Assembly (NCBI GenBank): GCA_964016885.1
Contig: OZ024741.1
Span: 172,360,001-172,424,000 of the forward strand
DNA from: Eledone cirrhosa
Taxonomy: Eukaryota
Direction: 5' to 3'
Length of the DNA stretch: 64,000 nt
Of this stretch, positions 46,610 to 60,043 are shown one piece after another. Made by a program: the position numbers and the translations under genes. The stretch's first letter is position 1. Each line of letters opens with the position of its first letter. The notes under the pieces were generated by a model. It had not been told where the DNA came from and did not search any database. It worked only from the letters and a program-made list of their open reading frames with translations.

Positions 46610-47000
46610 TAACTCAACACAATCACACCTAGTGTATCCAAACCTTTGATTTTGTTCCCACTCCACACATTCTTCCTCTAAATCAATGAAGTACTCGTCG
46701 TTACCTCCAACTCCGCAAGCTTACTGTCTCGTTTCCGACTCTACTGTTATCTTAGTGGCTTGTGCTCCTTGGCTCTGGTTGGTCTCAGATCCCCCTCACT
46801 CAAGCACTCTCGACTCACTAGTGTCTCAATCCCCCCCCACCCCACCATCCATGTTGTACCCATTCAATAGGACCCGCACTAATCAGTACGACCAGACCTT
46901 CCTCTCCAGAACGTGAACAATCTGGAATTCTTTCCCTGCACATATTTTTTCATGCAGCTGTGCAACTGTTGACTTGCAAATATCAAAGAGCATTAATCGC
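46610..47000 (+). mobile_element. CR1/Jockey-like LINE 3' fragment
   Basis: RTRTNQYDQTFLSRT*TIWNSFPAHIF C-terminal motif. Confidence 0.5.
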
Positions 47001-47991
47001 ATAGAAATCACGGTCTTCGATGGTTTTCGAGGGACTTGGATACAACACATTTCTTCACACCAATTAAACGAAAGATTTAAAAGACATTACTTGTCAACAC
47101 GATATCGAAGTATTCTCTACATAATTGTGCTATCTGCTAGAAATAGCAGGCAAATTCTCTCAAATTATACCCTGCTGTCTTAAACTGATAATGAAGTAAT
47201 GATTTAAGCATTAAAAATCAAGAGCACATACATCTGTTAAAACGACAGGAAAGTCCAGATATATTTACTAAGATATTTACTCGATTAGAGATGATCTTGG
47301 ACGACAAAACAACAACAAAACCTATGTTTCGATTAAGGTACTTATGTCACCAGTATTACAAATATTGTTCATGTTCCATCTAAAAGCCATTCTTGCTATC
47401 ATCTTATTGGATAGAGATACAAAGTAGCTACACATTTTCCTACACCTCAATTCCTCTTCACCATACTCTACCATACGTGTTATTGATTTGCTGAAACAAG
47501 AACTCGTCTCTCTGAAAGGTATAGATCTTAAAACCACATTAAATGCTATATTTTTATTTATATAAATATATATGTTTGTCTTTGTTTTTTCACTTTCTAC
47601 TTTAGTGGTTTTAATTCTCCATCTTCAGAATTCGTGTTGCCAATAAGATTTGCAGTGCAGAAAGTGGGCTGAATTCTATGATTGGCTTCAGATATTCCAT
47701 TTTAGAGGGCTTTGTAAAATTTACAATTAATATTGTAAGCAATAGTAGTCCCAGACACAAGTTTTCTGATGATCAGTTAAGACTCACAAAAGAGTGTAGG
47801 TTGAACTCTGGCAGGTCAAATATAGTAGGAGACTTCATGCAAAAACATCATTTAAGTTAGTGTTCCTTTTTTTTTATCCCCGTGTTAACTCTGATTGAAA
47901 ACATACTTTAACTAAAATCATTCTATTCGGTAAGTATATATAAATATATGTGTGTGTGTGTGTATTGAGTACTCAGCTGTCAACCACATAC

Positions 47992-48045
<54 letters not shown>

Positions 48046-48263
48046 TCCCGAGATCCATGGACGAGTTCTTTCCAGCGGTCTCTGTCCCTCATTATCGCTG
48101 CCATGTCCTGCGTCTCTAATAGACCAGTGTCTGTCCTTAAGGCATCAACATACTTTAACCTTGGTCTTCCTCTTCTAGTGTGTCCATGTATATATACACG
48201 CACATAAACACACACATACATATATATGTAATATATATTACATATATATATATATATATATAG

Positions 48264-48344
48264 TAATTGTTTCTACTTTTTGCACAAGGCCAGCAATTAC
48301 CCAGTACATTACTGGTACTTTATTTTAACGACCCCGTATGGATG

Positions 48345-48381
<37 letters not shown>

Positions 48382-48556
48382 GGTGAATTGGCAGTATCGG
48401 TAGAGGCTCGGACATGCTTTCCAGCATAGTTACGTCCCTTTATGATCTGAGTTCAAATCCCGCTGAGGTTAACTTTGCCTTTCGGGGTCGATAAAATAAA
48501 GTACCAGTAATGTACTGGGTAATTGCTGGCCTTGTGCAAAAAGTAGAAACAATTAC
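48264..48556. mobile_element. Two divergent SINE copies separated by (TA)n
   Basis: Minus-strand tail at 48264-48345; plus-strand copy at 48379-48556. Confidence 0.85.
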
Positions 48557-48952
48557 TATATATATATAGGGCTATTTCTGGACGGCTATTTCAGTCCTGA
48601 AATATCCATCGAAACGGCTTGAGCTCTGCCGTCCGGGTCAAACATTTTCCTTTTATCCACTCTACTACACTAAGTATTGTATACTCTGGTGCGTTATGGT
48701 CCACCTGGTTCCTTACCACACTTCCTTCGTTATATATATATACAGTATATATATATTTATATATATATATATATGTGTGTGTATCTGTATGTGGTTAACC
48801 GCTGAGAGAGAAGAGTACTCAATAACGAAGTAGACTTTAAATGATATCAATTTTATTCCAGAGTAACAAGACTCACGCCTTAATTAGTGATTAAAAATTA
48901 ATATTATTTAAACTCTACTTCGGTATTGAGTACTCACGCGTCAACCACATAC

Positions 48953-48990
<38 letters not shown>

Positions 48991-49010
48991 GCACACAGAC
49001 ACATAAACAC

Positions 49011-49043
<33 letters not shown>

Positions 49044-49216
49044 ATATATATTACATATATTTACATATATATGCGCGAGTGCATGTGTGTGTAATTTACA
49101 CATTCATGCTTTTTGTATTGTTTTGTATTTTTGCATTCTTCGATCACAGAGTTAAAAACATTCTCTTCCCTTTCTGTGTATATTTCAAATTCGGTCGGAA
49201 CGAGAATTACACATTA

Positions 49217-49284
<68 letters not shown>

Positions 49285-51629
49285 TTATTCAAGAATGAAC
49301 AAGACAAACACAGAGATGCAATAACAGAGTATAATTACGCTTCTTAAAAAAAAAATGAATATTTCAACGTATTGGACTTAAGCTCTTCTGTGGGAAATAG
49401 CAAAATTGGGAGATAGAGATAAAAGGCTGGAAAAACGGAGTTTTGAAAGAAAATCATATCTACATATTAATAAATTTTAACAGAAACTATCCATGCGGAC
49501 AGATCTAGATATTTTGCATATCTCCTTTGAGTTATCTATGTAAATTTGCGCTTCAAACGTAGAAATCTTGCTTCGTAATATTGTGACGGTACGTTCAACG
49601 CTATTGTATGAAACTTTCACCGGATAGTTTCGGTTTGACGTAAGACTTCTGAGTTTAATTCTCGAATCAGAGATAGAATATGCTTACAATTAATAGAAAC
49701 AAGCTTATCATAGAATGCTTCGTGTTCATTTCTCCTGGTGATTGCATTAAGAGTCTGTAGAATACTCAACTACTTAAACTATAATTCAGTAAGTAAATAT
49801 TTCCGTTTCACAATGATCTAAGTAAACTTAAGAATGTTTACATTTGTAGAATGGCAATTTTCCACTCGATTTTAATAGCATCCCCAATAATCCAACCAAC
49901 CAGCCATCGGGTCACTTTCTACCATACTCCACTATGTGGATATATGAGTCAACACAGGAGACACTTCACTGGTTTTTAGAACTGCAAGGAATAGTAGCAA
50001 AATCTCCCTCAAATCACATTCTATCGACTTAAAAATGATAATGACATGGTGGAACATCTTAAACATCTTAAACGCTAGAAACACAAGATGGTCACAGTTT
50101 GAGAGCGTTTGGTAGTAAGCCAGCTCAATGACAGTTGCGCTAGAATTAAAAAGTTCTCTTTGTAATCATATAATTCCGAGTTCGATCCTACTGTGCGATT
50201 ACCTTTAGCATAATCTAACATCGACCTAAATCTTGTAAAAATTGGTTTGGTGTATATCGTGCGTAAACCCGTTGGATAGATTTTATATATATTTTGTTGA
50301 GTCTACTACTCCTATATCTGGTACTTTGCTGCTGCTATACAGACAGACATCCTAAGCAACACCCAGAAAATGCCTATTCATTTATTAGTATAAATCATTT
50401 ACAGATATACTCCAACCCGTGAAACGCAGATGTACTATCTCTTCTCTCAACCTTTTCTACTAGAATGATTTCTGCTCCCAAGATATAGCTGGTTTTATGT
50501 CACCTCCACTCAGGCATTTCCGACTTAATCATTTCTCATCCTCTAATCAACCTTATGCAGTCTAATATTCCAACCTTCGCACTAACCCCTACGCCCAAAC
50601 CTTCCTGCCCAGAATGTCGGCTTTTCTGAATTTCCTGCTTGCTCATATCTTTCTTTCGGTAGTCGATGTCCAATAGCTTAAGGGGAACGTTAGTGAATCA
50701 ATCTCACCGGAGAGGGGGCTGCGAAGGCCATGGGCATGGCTCCTTCCTCCTGATCTAACAAGCAAAATTCTAAAATAGACTCACCATTTACTTTAACACT
50801 GACACCAGAACCCTAGATAGATTTAATGGATTCTGTTTTGTTGCAAGCATTCCAACCAGATTTCCTGTTTGAATATAATTCTTGAGCCATCGTTTCTTAC
50901 TGCCTTTCCTACTACAAATCATAGAGGCCTTGAAAAAATGTGTTTTACCTCTATCTAAGCAAAATAAATATATAAACAGGACCTTATTGTACCAGCCTTT
51001 CACTTATTTTACTCCAGAATCAAACATTTGGCCGTGTTCCGGTGTAAGAAACAAATTAACGTATGTTCATTTATTCCATTATTTACAAGCAAATGTAAAC
51101 GATTGTCTGGCGTTCCAGTTTTCTTCATTTTGGAACATCTTCGAACATAATGAGTATTATTAGAGAAATCATAACAGTCAACATTCCCATATTCCTTCCT
51201 CTTCAGCGTTATTTTGATTATTACTATTATCATTATTGTTGTTGTTATTTTATTCTTATTAAATTGGTGGCCTTAGAGATTCGCCATTTGCGTTTTTTGT
51301 TGTTGTTGTAATTCTCGGAAATATTTCTCTGGCTGTCTTAATGCATCTGTTATCAAATTGCTTGCATTATACTCTCTGATTATTGCTAAGATGACAAATA
51401 AATATAATAAATTACACAAAAATAAAATTATGAATAAATTAGAAAAAATAAAAAAAATAAATGCACATATAATTACTAGAAGAAATTGACGCAGAGCGTA
51501 CACATATATTGCAGATGCTATATAAACGTGAATGTATGCGTACACACTATACAGATAGACAAATACATGGCAGCAACCACACATCACATTAGCAAAAGAA
51601 AAATACATACACACGCACATACACTCTTC

Positions 51630-51736
<107 letters not shown>

Positions 51737-51809
51737 CACATATATATACACACATATATATATATATATATATTTATACAATATATATATATATGTGTGT
51801 GTGTGTGCG

Positions 51810-51846
<37 letters not shown>

Positions 51847-52055
51847 ATATATATATATATGTGTGTGTGTGTATGCATACATACATAAAATCTCTCACAC
51901 ACACGTGATGTGCAATTATTTTATATGTTTATATGCAATTAACTCATATTTCTATTGTATATTATTCAGCAAAACTTTAGTTTGTGTATTTGCACATACA
52001 CACTGTCACACATACACACATACACACACACACACATACACACACACATACACTC

Positions 52056-52192
<137 letters not shown>

Positions 52193-52649
52193 TAAGCTGC
52201 AGCCAGAGCTTCGATTATGCTGAACTTCCATTTGTATATATATATATAGAGAGAGATACGTGTGAGTATGTATGTGTGTATGTATGTATGTGTGTATACA
52301 TATATATTCTAGAGTCTATTATTGCAATTCATTCATATTTCTGTGCATTCAACAAGTGTGGTGATAATGGTTATAAATGCTATTAAGTGATACATTTATT
52401 TAAGCTGATATACGACAACTGATATTAATGTTGGGCTTGCATATTTATGAACTTCCAATTTATCTTATTAGAAACTCTTTCCCCCAATTTTGCTGAAGCT
52501 CAGATAACACACACGATGGAGTTGGCAACGCAATTTGCATAACGTCAAATACCAAAATGGAGATTGGCAGAAAGAGAGTGATGCTAAAAATGGCGCCCAC
52601 AACTGGATACGATTGATAAAATATATAACCATACAGAATGTTGGCACTT

Positions 52650-53091
52650 TACTAAGGTAGGCTGAAAAGTTCATATGCTGACCCAGATACTTCATGAATT
52701 GACGAAATGAGGTTTATTTTTCAACATAATCTCTGAAAAGAAACAATACAGTTATTGATAAGAAGAGTTGAAATTAATGCATGCAAGATTTCACAACAAT
52801 AACATCATTCCTTCATAGTTGACCATTTATCAACTGGGTGTCGATATATGCACATGGATGTCCCTTAATTGGATCCGCACAACACATGCCAGGACAGCTC
52901 ATATCTCCATTGGTGGAAAATGTTAGACAACCCAGCATATGACTGTGAGGGCCTTGACCAGGCAGTGGTGCATGTTGTTCGGAACGGAATTTCCCTCTCA
53001 GACGTCTTCCCGGCGGCCTGGAGGCAGTCTTTAATACTACAAATAACACCTTTGTCTGGCTCACAAATCTCTCTTTCTCTCTCCCTCTCCC

Positions 53092-53168
<77 letters not shown>

Positions 53169-53243
53169 ACCATTGTGCATATGCCAAACCACAAGAAGAA
53201 GATTCCTTTATAGTCAACATATGAACTTTCAGCCGACCCTATT
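52650..53243. mobile_element. Tc1/mariner-type non-autonomous element
   Basis: Imperfect TIRs aaggtaggctgaaaagttcatatgctgac / gtcaacatatgaactttcagccgaccct. Confidence 0.65.
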
Positions 53244-53616
53244 GTTTATTTATTTTATTTTTCCTTTTTGACCAGGAATAAGAATGTTTAGTATCCGTTT
53301 TAGTATCTCCAAAATTGTGGAAATGATTGTGAAATGTACCTCAACCTGAAGAGGTTGTATGAATGCGTGTAGTTTCAAAGAGGTATGTGATAATGTCATT
53401 CAAAACCAAATAGTAGTGCTAAATTGCGTGATAGATTGAGATTATCAGGCAAACAGGCTACGGCGGTATTTGAACTCAGAGATACGGAACACTCTGTCGG
53501 TTTCGACAATAGGCATTGACTTAATCCTCCACATGAACGTCCGCGAACTAAATTCGTGTGTAAGTGGCTGAACATTTCATAGACACGTGTTATCATAAGG
53601 CTGGCCTCTTGAATTA

Positions 53617-55245
53617 CACCGTGTAACAAAAATAAATGTTTTTCTCTGTTCCTGGTTTGTAATCACTTTTTTGTGTTGCTTAGGTCCCAAATAAATTTAA
53701 AAAAGTGCTATTAAACAGTTAAAAGTTTGGGTTTGTAAAAATTCTAAGCTATTCACTAGAATTATTTGTATGCTGAATTTTACGTTGTATGTAAGTTTAA
53801 TTTGCTTATGTTAAATGATTTTTTTTACATATGTTTCAGGTTAAATTAAAATTATAAAATATGAGTAATACCTAAAGAAAGTTATAAAAGTGCAATAAAG
53901 TATAAAATTGTCAAAACGTGGATTAAAGAGATTTATTGATACTGGATTTTCGCACCCTGAATAAAGGGTAAGTTGTCTTTTAAGCATTCGTCTCCAGGAT
54001 GAAGCAGTGGAACTTGGTCAAGGAGGAAGTGCAGGTGACAAGTCAGAGAAGTCGACACGAACCTTTCTCAGGCTTTTACACTTTTAGGGATGGCCTCTGT
54101 TTCTGCCATGACGTGCCTGGACTGTTTGACGTTATAGGGGTGCCGTTTGTGCCCAAGGAGTGGCGGCTATTTATAGACAGCTTCACCACAAGTTTGAAGG
54201 CTGTCCTCCACAATGGAAACACGTTCCCGACACTGCCCCTAGCTCATTCAGTCTGCCTGAAGGAAGATTACTACAGTGTGAAAGTCCTCTTGGAAGCTCT
54301 ACAATACAACCAGTACAATTGGGAAATCATTGGAGACTTCAAAATAGTGGCTTTCCTGCTTGGACTCCAAGGAGGCTCTAACAAATTCCAATGCTTCCTC
54401 TGCTTTTGGGACAGCAGAGCCACCTCTGACCACTACAAAAGAAAGAACTGGGAGCAGCGAACAGAATTCGTAGTTGGGACCCGGAACGTCATGTGGGAGC
54501 CACTGGTTGATCCCAGGATTGTGCTCATGCCGCCACTGCACATTAAGTTGGGGTTGATGAAGCAGTTTGTGAAGGCTCTCAACCAAGAAGTACCTTCTTG
54601 AGTTCTTCCCCAAGTTATCTGAGGCCAAAATCAAAGGTGGAATTTTTGTTGAACCTCAGATAAGGGTGTTTGAGTCTACCGAGTTCTCCAATAAGCTCAA
54701 TAGGATTGAGAAAACAGCATGGAACTGTTTCAAGGCAGTTGTTAAGGGCTTCCTGGGCAACTACAGAGCTGAAAACTACCAGCAACTGGTGCAGGATCTA
54801 TAAATGCTCTTGGCGCCATGGGATGCAGGATGTCGTTTAAACTCCATATGCTGGACGCTCACCTGGAAAACTTCAAGGACAATATGGACGCCTACTCAGA
54901 AGAACAAGGCGAACGATTCCACCAAGATGTGAAAGAGATAGAGCGGAGGTACCAGGGCCACTACAATTAAAAAATGATGGGAAACTATATCTGGGGGCTA
55001 GTGCGGGAATGTGAGTTGGACTACAACCGCAAATCCAGGAAATCCAGTCATTTCTGACGTGTATAAGTTGTTTTCTAAGTGTTATTTGTTTTTACTTGTT
55101 TGCTTTTGATAAGCTTGTGTAATAAAATAAATATATACTCTGTTGATTTAATTATATGAACTGATAAATTTTTTAAAAATATGTTTTTTCTTGAAAAATA
55201 TGAAATTTTCGAAATATCAAACTTCTAACCACAAACCCAGTTTCT
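53617..55245 (+). mobile_element. Chapaev3-like (CMC) DNA transposon relic
   Basis: Left end tta|CACCGTGTAACAAAA; right terminus not found. Confidence 0.65.
53970..55056 (+). pseudogene. Disrupted transposase
   Basis: WRLFIDS, GDFKIV..LLGLQGG..CFLCFWDSRA, PPLHIKLGLMKQFVKAL, KLHMLDAHL, SEEQGERFHQD..ERRYQG; stops and frameshifts. Confidence 0.85.
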
Positions 55246-55475
55246 GCAAATAATTACAAATAATTACCAATTTGCATATAACATGACTAGGCTGTATAAC
55301 TACTGTTGAAACATTTGTAAGCACTCGGAATAAATTACCTTTTTTATGATGTCTACCTGTTATTATTCATTCTTTATCTACACTCCGGAATGCAGAAGGA
55401 TCAGAAACTGAGTTTCTTCAACTATTCTTCCATAACTCGTTGAGTAACCCCTCACCGTACGTCAACTCTATCTAG

Positions 55476-55529
55476 TGTAGTAATTAACCATTACTGCATT
55501 CAGGATAATCCTAAGCATTACTTGCATAA

Positions 55530-55617
<88 letters not shown>

Positions 55618-55678
55618 TATTAGATTATGCAAGTAATGCTTAGGATTATCCTGAATGCAGTAATGGTTAATTACTACA
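55476..55678. repeat. Perfect ~58-bp inverted repeat with (TA)n spacer
   Basis: tgtagtaattaacc...ataatctaat-(TA)n-attagattat...ggttaattactaca. Confidence 0.92.
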
Positions 55679-55680
55679 TA

Positions 55681-55733
<53 letters not shown>

Positions 55734-56159
55734 TACAAAGTTATGTGGAAGCTTGTATATAATCCATAGATATACACACAAGTGGGCCCTTTAACTCATC
55801 AGTGGATGCCCAGGCAATATCAATATAAAAATCTACATTGATTTTAATATTCAGTGATGGTCTCCGTCAGTGCTAGAAGGGCTGCTAAGTTTGAAAGCCC
55901 AGCAATTCTTCAAAAAGAAATTTCACACTGTCCCCAAAAGGGAAGGGGATCATCGTAAAATATAAAATAATATACACGTAGGTCATTGAACCCTGTTAGG
56001 TATTCTAACCACGTGTTAAGAACTCAATTGGATATTAAAAAAATAAATATATGTACGTATTATTTATACACACATAGAGATATTAAAAAAATAATAAATA
56101 TATGTACGCATAATTCATATATACATAGAGGTATTTTCTCAGATATAACAAATTAAATG

Positions 56160-56757
56160 AAGAAATATATATATTTTTACACAAGTATAGATACATACAA
56201 AGGCGTCCGAACGATACTAAGTTTTGCTCTATGAAAGAATTAACAAGGATCAACCCATTCAGAGCTTAATATAGTCATATCTGAGAAAAGTAAATCTTCA
56301 CTGATAGCGAACAACGAAGAATTTTTCTATCTTGAAATTTCTTTCTTGACTGAGAAAGTTTCCTGGTGATTTGAGATTTCTCGCAATACTCGGAGTATTG
56401 CTATTTTCGCAATGAAACATCAGTAGGGTTGAACGCCTTTGTATGTATGTATACTTGTGTAAAGATATATATATATATATATTTCTTTATTTAATATGTA
56501 ATACATTTCCCTATGGTAGAGTCAACATTTGGTCGAATAGGGATGATTTTTCAAGTAGTACGCAACCTGCCAATGTCGATGTCACTACCCTCCTGTTATC
56601 GCATATCTTTCTTGACTGAGAAAGTCTGCTGATGATTTGAGATTTCTCGCAATACTCTACTTGGAGTATTGTTATGTTCTCAGTGAAACTGAAGTAGGGG
56701 CATTAAAGTAAGTAGTTAAAGATTATTCACTTATCTTGTTTGCTTCTCCCAGGTATG

Positions 56758-56760
<3 letters not shown>
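56160..56760 (+). mobile_element. Old PLE-type unit: inverted 5' arm plus two decayed hammerheads 266 bp apart (56358-56430, 56624-56701)
   Basis: CUGGUGA or CUGAUGA-U-UUGAGA..GCAAUACUC/GAGUAUUG..U-GAAAC-NNNN-GUA; stem I eroded. Confidence 0.6.
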
Positions 56761-56794
<34 letters not shown>

Positions 56795-56798
<4 letters not shown>

Positions 56799-58732
56799 GT
56801 AAGTATGCATGTATACGTACATACATATATGTATACAGACGTACAGTAGCATGCATATATATATATATATACATATATACATACATATGCATACAGGTAC
56901 ACATACATATATGCACGTATCAGTTTAGCGGCGCTTATTGTAACGTCGCTTTGTTCGTTTGTAAACAAACTGAACAGACTGAATTTATGCCATACGGTGT
57001 TAAGGCAACCACGTCACCTTTTTGTTCAACACTGACACAGGAACGATGTACTAGTTTCAAGCTTGTTAGCTATCATCAGCACCGTTTACCCATCTGCCAG
57101 ATAGTTGAACGTTCGAAAGTATATACTTTCGTTATGAAAATTAACGGCTGAGCAGCCTAATTTGCATATTGAGTGAGTTAAATCGGTCAGGCATACCGAA
57201 AACGATAAATTGAAGCAAAATGAAAACGAAATTTCATTTCTCACTCTTAGTATGGCACTTACTTAAATGTAAGTATGCATGTATACGTACATACATATAT
57301 GTATACAGACGTACAGTAGCATGCATATATATATATATATATATATACATATATACATACATATGCATACAGGTACACATACATATATGCACGTATCAGT
57401 TTAGCGGCGCTTATTGTAACGTCGCTTTGTTCGTTTGTAAACAAAGTGAACAGCCTGAATTTATGCCATACGGTGTTAAGCTGAACAGCCTGAATTTATG
57501 TCATACGCTGCTCAGCCGTTAATTTTCATAAGGAAAGTATATACTTTCGAACGTTCAACCATCTGGCAGATGGGTAAACGGTGCTGATGATAACTAACAA
57601 GCTTGAAACTAGTACATCGTTCCTGTGTCAGTGTTGAACAAAAAGGTGACGTGGTTGCCTTAACACCGTATGGCATAAATTCAGGCTGTTCAGTTTGTTT
57701 ACAAACGAACAAAGCGACGTTACAATAAGCGCCGCTAAACTGATACGTGCATATATGTATGTGTTACCTGTATGCATATGTATGTATATATGTATATATA
57801 TATATATATATATGCATGCTACTGTACGTCTGTATACATATATGTATGTACGTATACATGCATACTTACATTTAAGTAAGTGCCATACTAAGAGTGAGAA
57901 ATGAAATTTCGTTTTCATTTTGTTTCAATTTATCGTTTTCGGTATGCCTGACCGATTTAACTCACTCAATATGCAAATTAGGCTGCTCAGCCGTTAATTT
58001 TCATATGGAAAGTATATACTTTCGAACGTTCAACTATCTGGCAGATGGGTAAACGGTGCTGATGATAGCTAACAAGCTTGAAACTAGTACATCGTTCCTG
58101 TGTCAGTGTTGAACAAAAAGGTGACGTGGTTGCCTTAACACCGTATGGCATAAATTCAGGCTGTTCAGTTTGTTTACAAACGAACAAAGCGACGTTACAA
58201 TAAGCGCCGCTAAACTGATACGTGCATATATGTATGTGTACCTGTATGCATATGTATGTATATATGTATATATATATATATATATGCATGCTACTGTACG
58301 TCTGTATACATATATGTATGTACGTATACATGCATACTTACATTTAAGTAAGTGACATACTAAGATTGAGAAATGAAATTTCGTTTTCATTTTGTTTCAA
58401 TTTATCGTTTTCGGTATGCCTGACCGATTTAACTCACACAATATGCAAATTAGGCTGCTCAGCCGTTAATTTTCATAAGGAAAGTATATACTTTCGAACG
58501 TTCAACTATCTGGCAGATGGGTAAACGGTGCTGATGATAGCTAACAAGCTTGAAACTAGTACATCGTTCCTGTGTCAGTGTTGAACAAAAAGGTGACGTG
58601 GTTGCCTTAACACCGTATGACATAAATTCAGGCTGTTCAGTTTGTTTACAAACGAACAAAGCGACGTTACAATAAGCGCCGCTAAACTGATACGTGCATA
58701 TATGTATGTGTACCTGTATGCATATGTATGTA

Positions 58733-58765
<33 letters not shown>

Positions 58766-59212
58766 GCATGCTACTGTACGTCTGTATACATATATGTATG
58801 TACGTATACATGCATACTTACATTTAAGTAAGTGGCATACTAAGAGTGAGAAATGAAATTTCGTTTTCATTTTGTTTCAATTTATCGTTTTCGGTATGCC
58901 TGACCGATTTAACTCACTCAATATGCAAATTAGGCTGCTCAGCCGTTAATTTTCATAAGGAAAGTATATACTTTCGAACGTTCAACTATCTGGCAGATGG
59001 GTAAACGGTGCTGATGATAGCTAACAAGCTTGAAACTAGTACATCGTTCCTGTGTCAGTGTTGAACAAAAAGGTGACGTGGTTGCCTTAACACCGTATGG
59101 CATAAATTCAGGCTGTTCAGTTTGTTTACAAACGAACAAAGCGACGTTACAATAAGCGCCGCTAAACTGATACGTGCATATATGTATGTGTACCTGTATG
59201 CATATGTATGTA

Positions 59213-59264
<52 letters not shown>

Positions 59265-59302
59265 TGCTACTGTACGTCTGTATACATATATGTATGTACG
59301 TA
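56795..59302. repeat. ~475-bp tandem array (1.5 inverted units plus 3.8 direct units), one hammerhead per unit
   Basis: Unit starts at 57507, 57982, 58454, 58934 (periods 475/472/480, varying with internal TA length); inverted block 56795-57480. Confidence 0.95.
58052..58096 (+). ncRNA. Minimal type I hammerhead (also 57577-57621, 58524-58568, 59004-59048 plus; 57042-57086 minus)
   Basis: AACGGUG-CUGAUGA-U-AGCU-AACA-AGCU-U-GAAAC-UA-GUA/CAUCGUU; 7-bp stem I; palindromic ACTAGT. Confidence 0.85.
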
Positions 59303-59587
59303 TTAATTCGTTGAAACTGCAGGAGGTTGAGATCCGTTAAGCAACTTTTAATGTTTGTGACTTGTTCGCTTTCATCCATTCTTTTTCTCCTTCCTATCTT
59401 TTCTTCCTTCCTTCGAGCCGCTGATCTCTGTCCTTCGAGGGAATAGTTTATCCAACGCCAATTTGACGGCATTCTGCTGTTCTAGCAGCTTCCATACTCC
59501 GAAGTTTCCCATTTTCCTGATAAAAATAAATATATATATATATGCACATATCCCGAATGAAACAGTTCTAGTCCTGTAGAAGCGATT

Positions 59588-59623
<36 letters not shown>

Positions 59624-59707
59624 AGGAGGTGAGTTTTATTGTAGTACAATAAAGCAATGCAGATATCGGATAAGAAGCACTCTACAGTTTGTGGGACTGG
59701 AGTATGC

Positions 59708-60043
59708 ATAATATAAGATCAAAAGATGGTTAAAGGAGTTCCATGTATTTTATTATGCGCATTTCAAAAACAAACATCATCAAACAATAATATTTGTGTT
59801 TTCATCAGATAAAACAGGAGAACATGATATGAAGGCTAAAAAACACTTGTTGATAGTGCAGTTTTAAATCAACATATGTTGATTTAAAACTGCACTATCA
59901 ACAAGTGTTTTTTAGCCTTCATATCATGTTCTCCTGTTTTATCTGATGAAAACACAAATATTATTGTTTGATGATGTTTGTTTTTGAAATGCGCATAATA
60001 AAATACATGGAACTCCTTTAACCATCTTTTGATCTTATATTAT
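59708..60043. repeat. Perfect 336-bp spacerless palindrome with a hammerhead in each arm
   Basis: Centre catatg at 59875/59876; right end runs into (TA)n. Confidence 0.95.
59936..60004 (+). ncRNA. Type I hammerhead ribozyme, intact core (mirror copy 59747-59815 on minus)
   Basis: GUUUUAU-CUGAUGA-long stem II-GAAAU-GCGC-AUA/AUAAAAU; palindromic ATGCGCAT; predicted cleavage after 59997. Confidence 0.85.

Noticed and set aside
47322-47930. Two short non-repetitive ORFs with nearby splice-like signals
   Set aside because: No consistent acceptor-frame-donor combination and no recognisable protein
50785-50954. Exon-like segment on minus with good acceptor and GTGAGT donor
   Set aside because: All three frames contain stops; possibly UTR or pseudo-exon but unsupported
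55760-55810. CUGAUGA with stem I-like pairing (atcca/tggat) on minus
   Set aside because: GAAA half is missing; too decayed to call
56795-59302. CRISPR-like array or repeated small-protein gene
   Set aside because: No unique spacers; the ORFs run through variable-length TA tracts and shift frame between units
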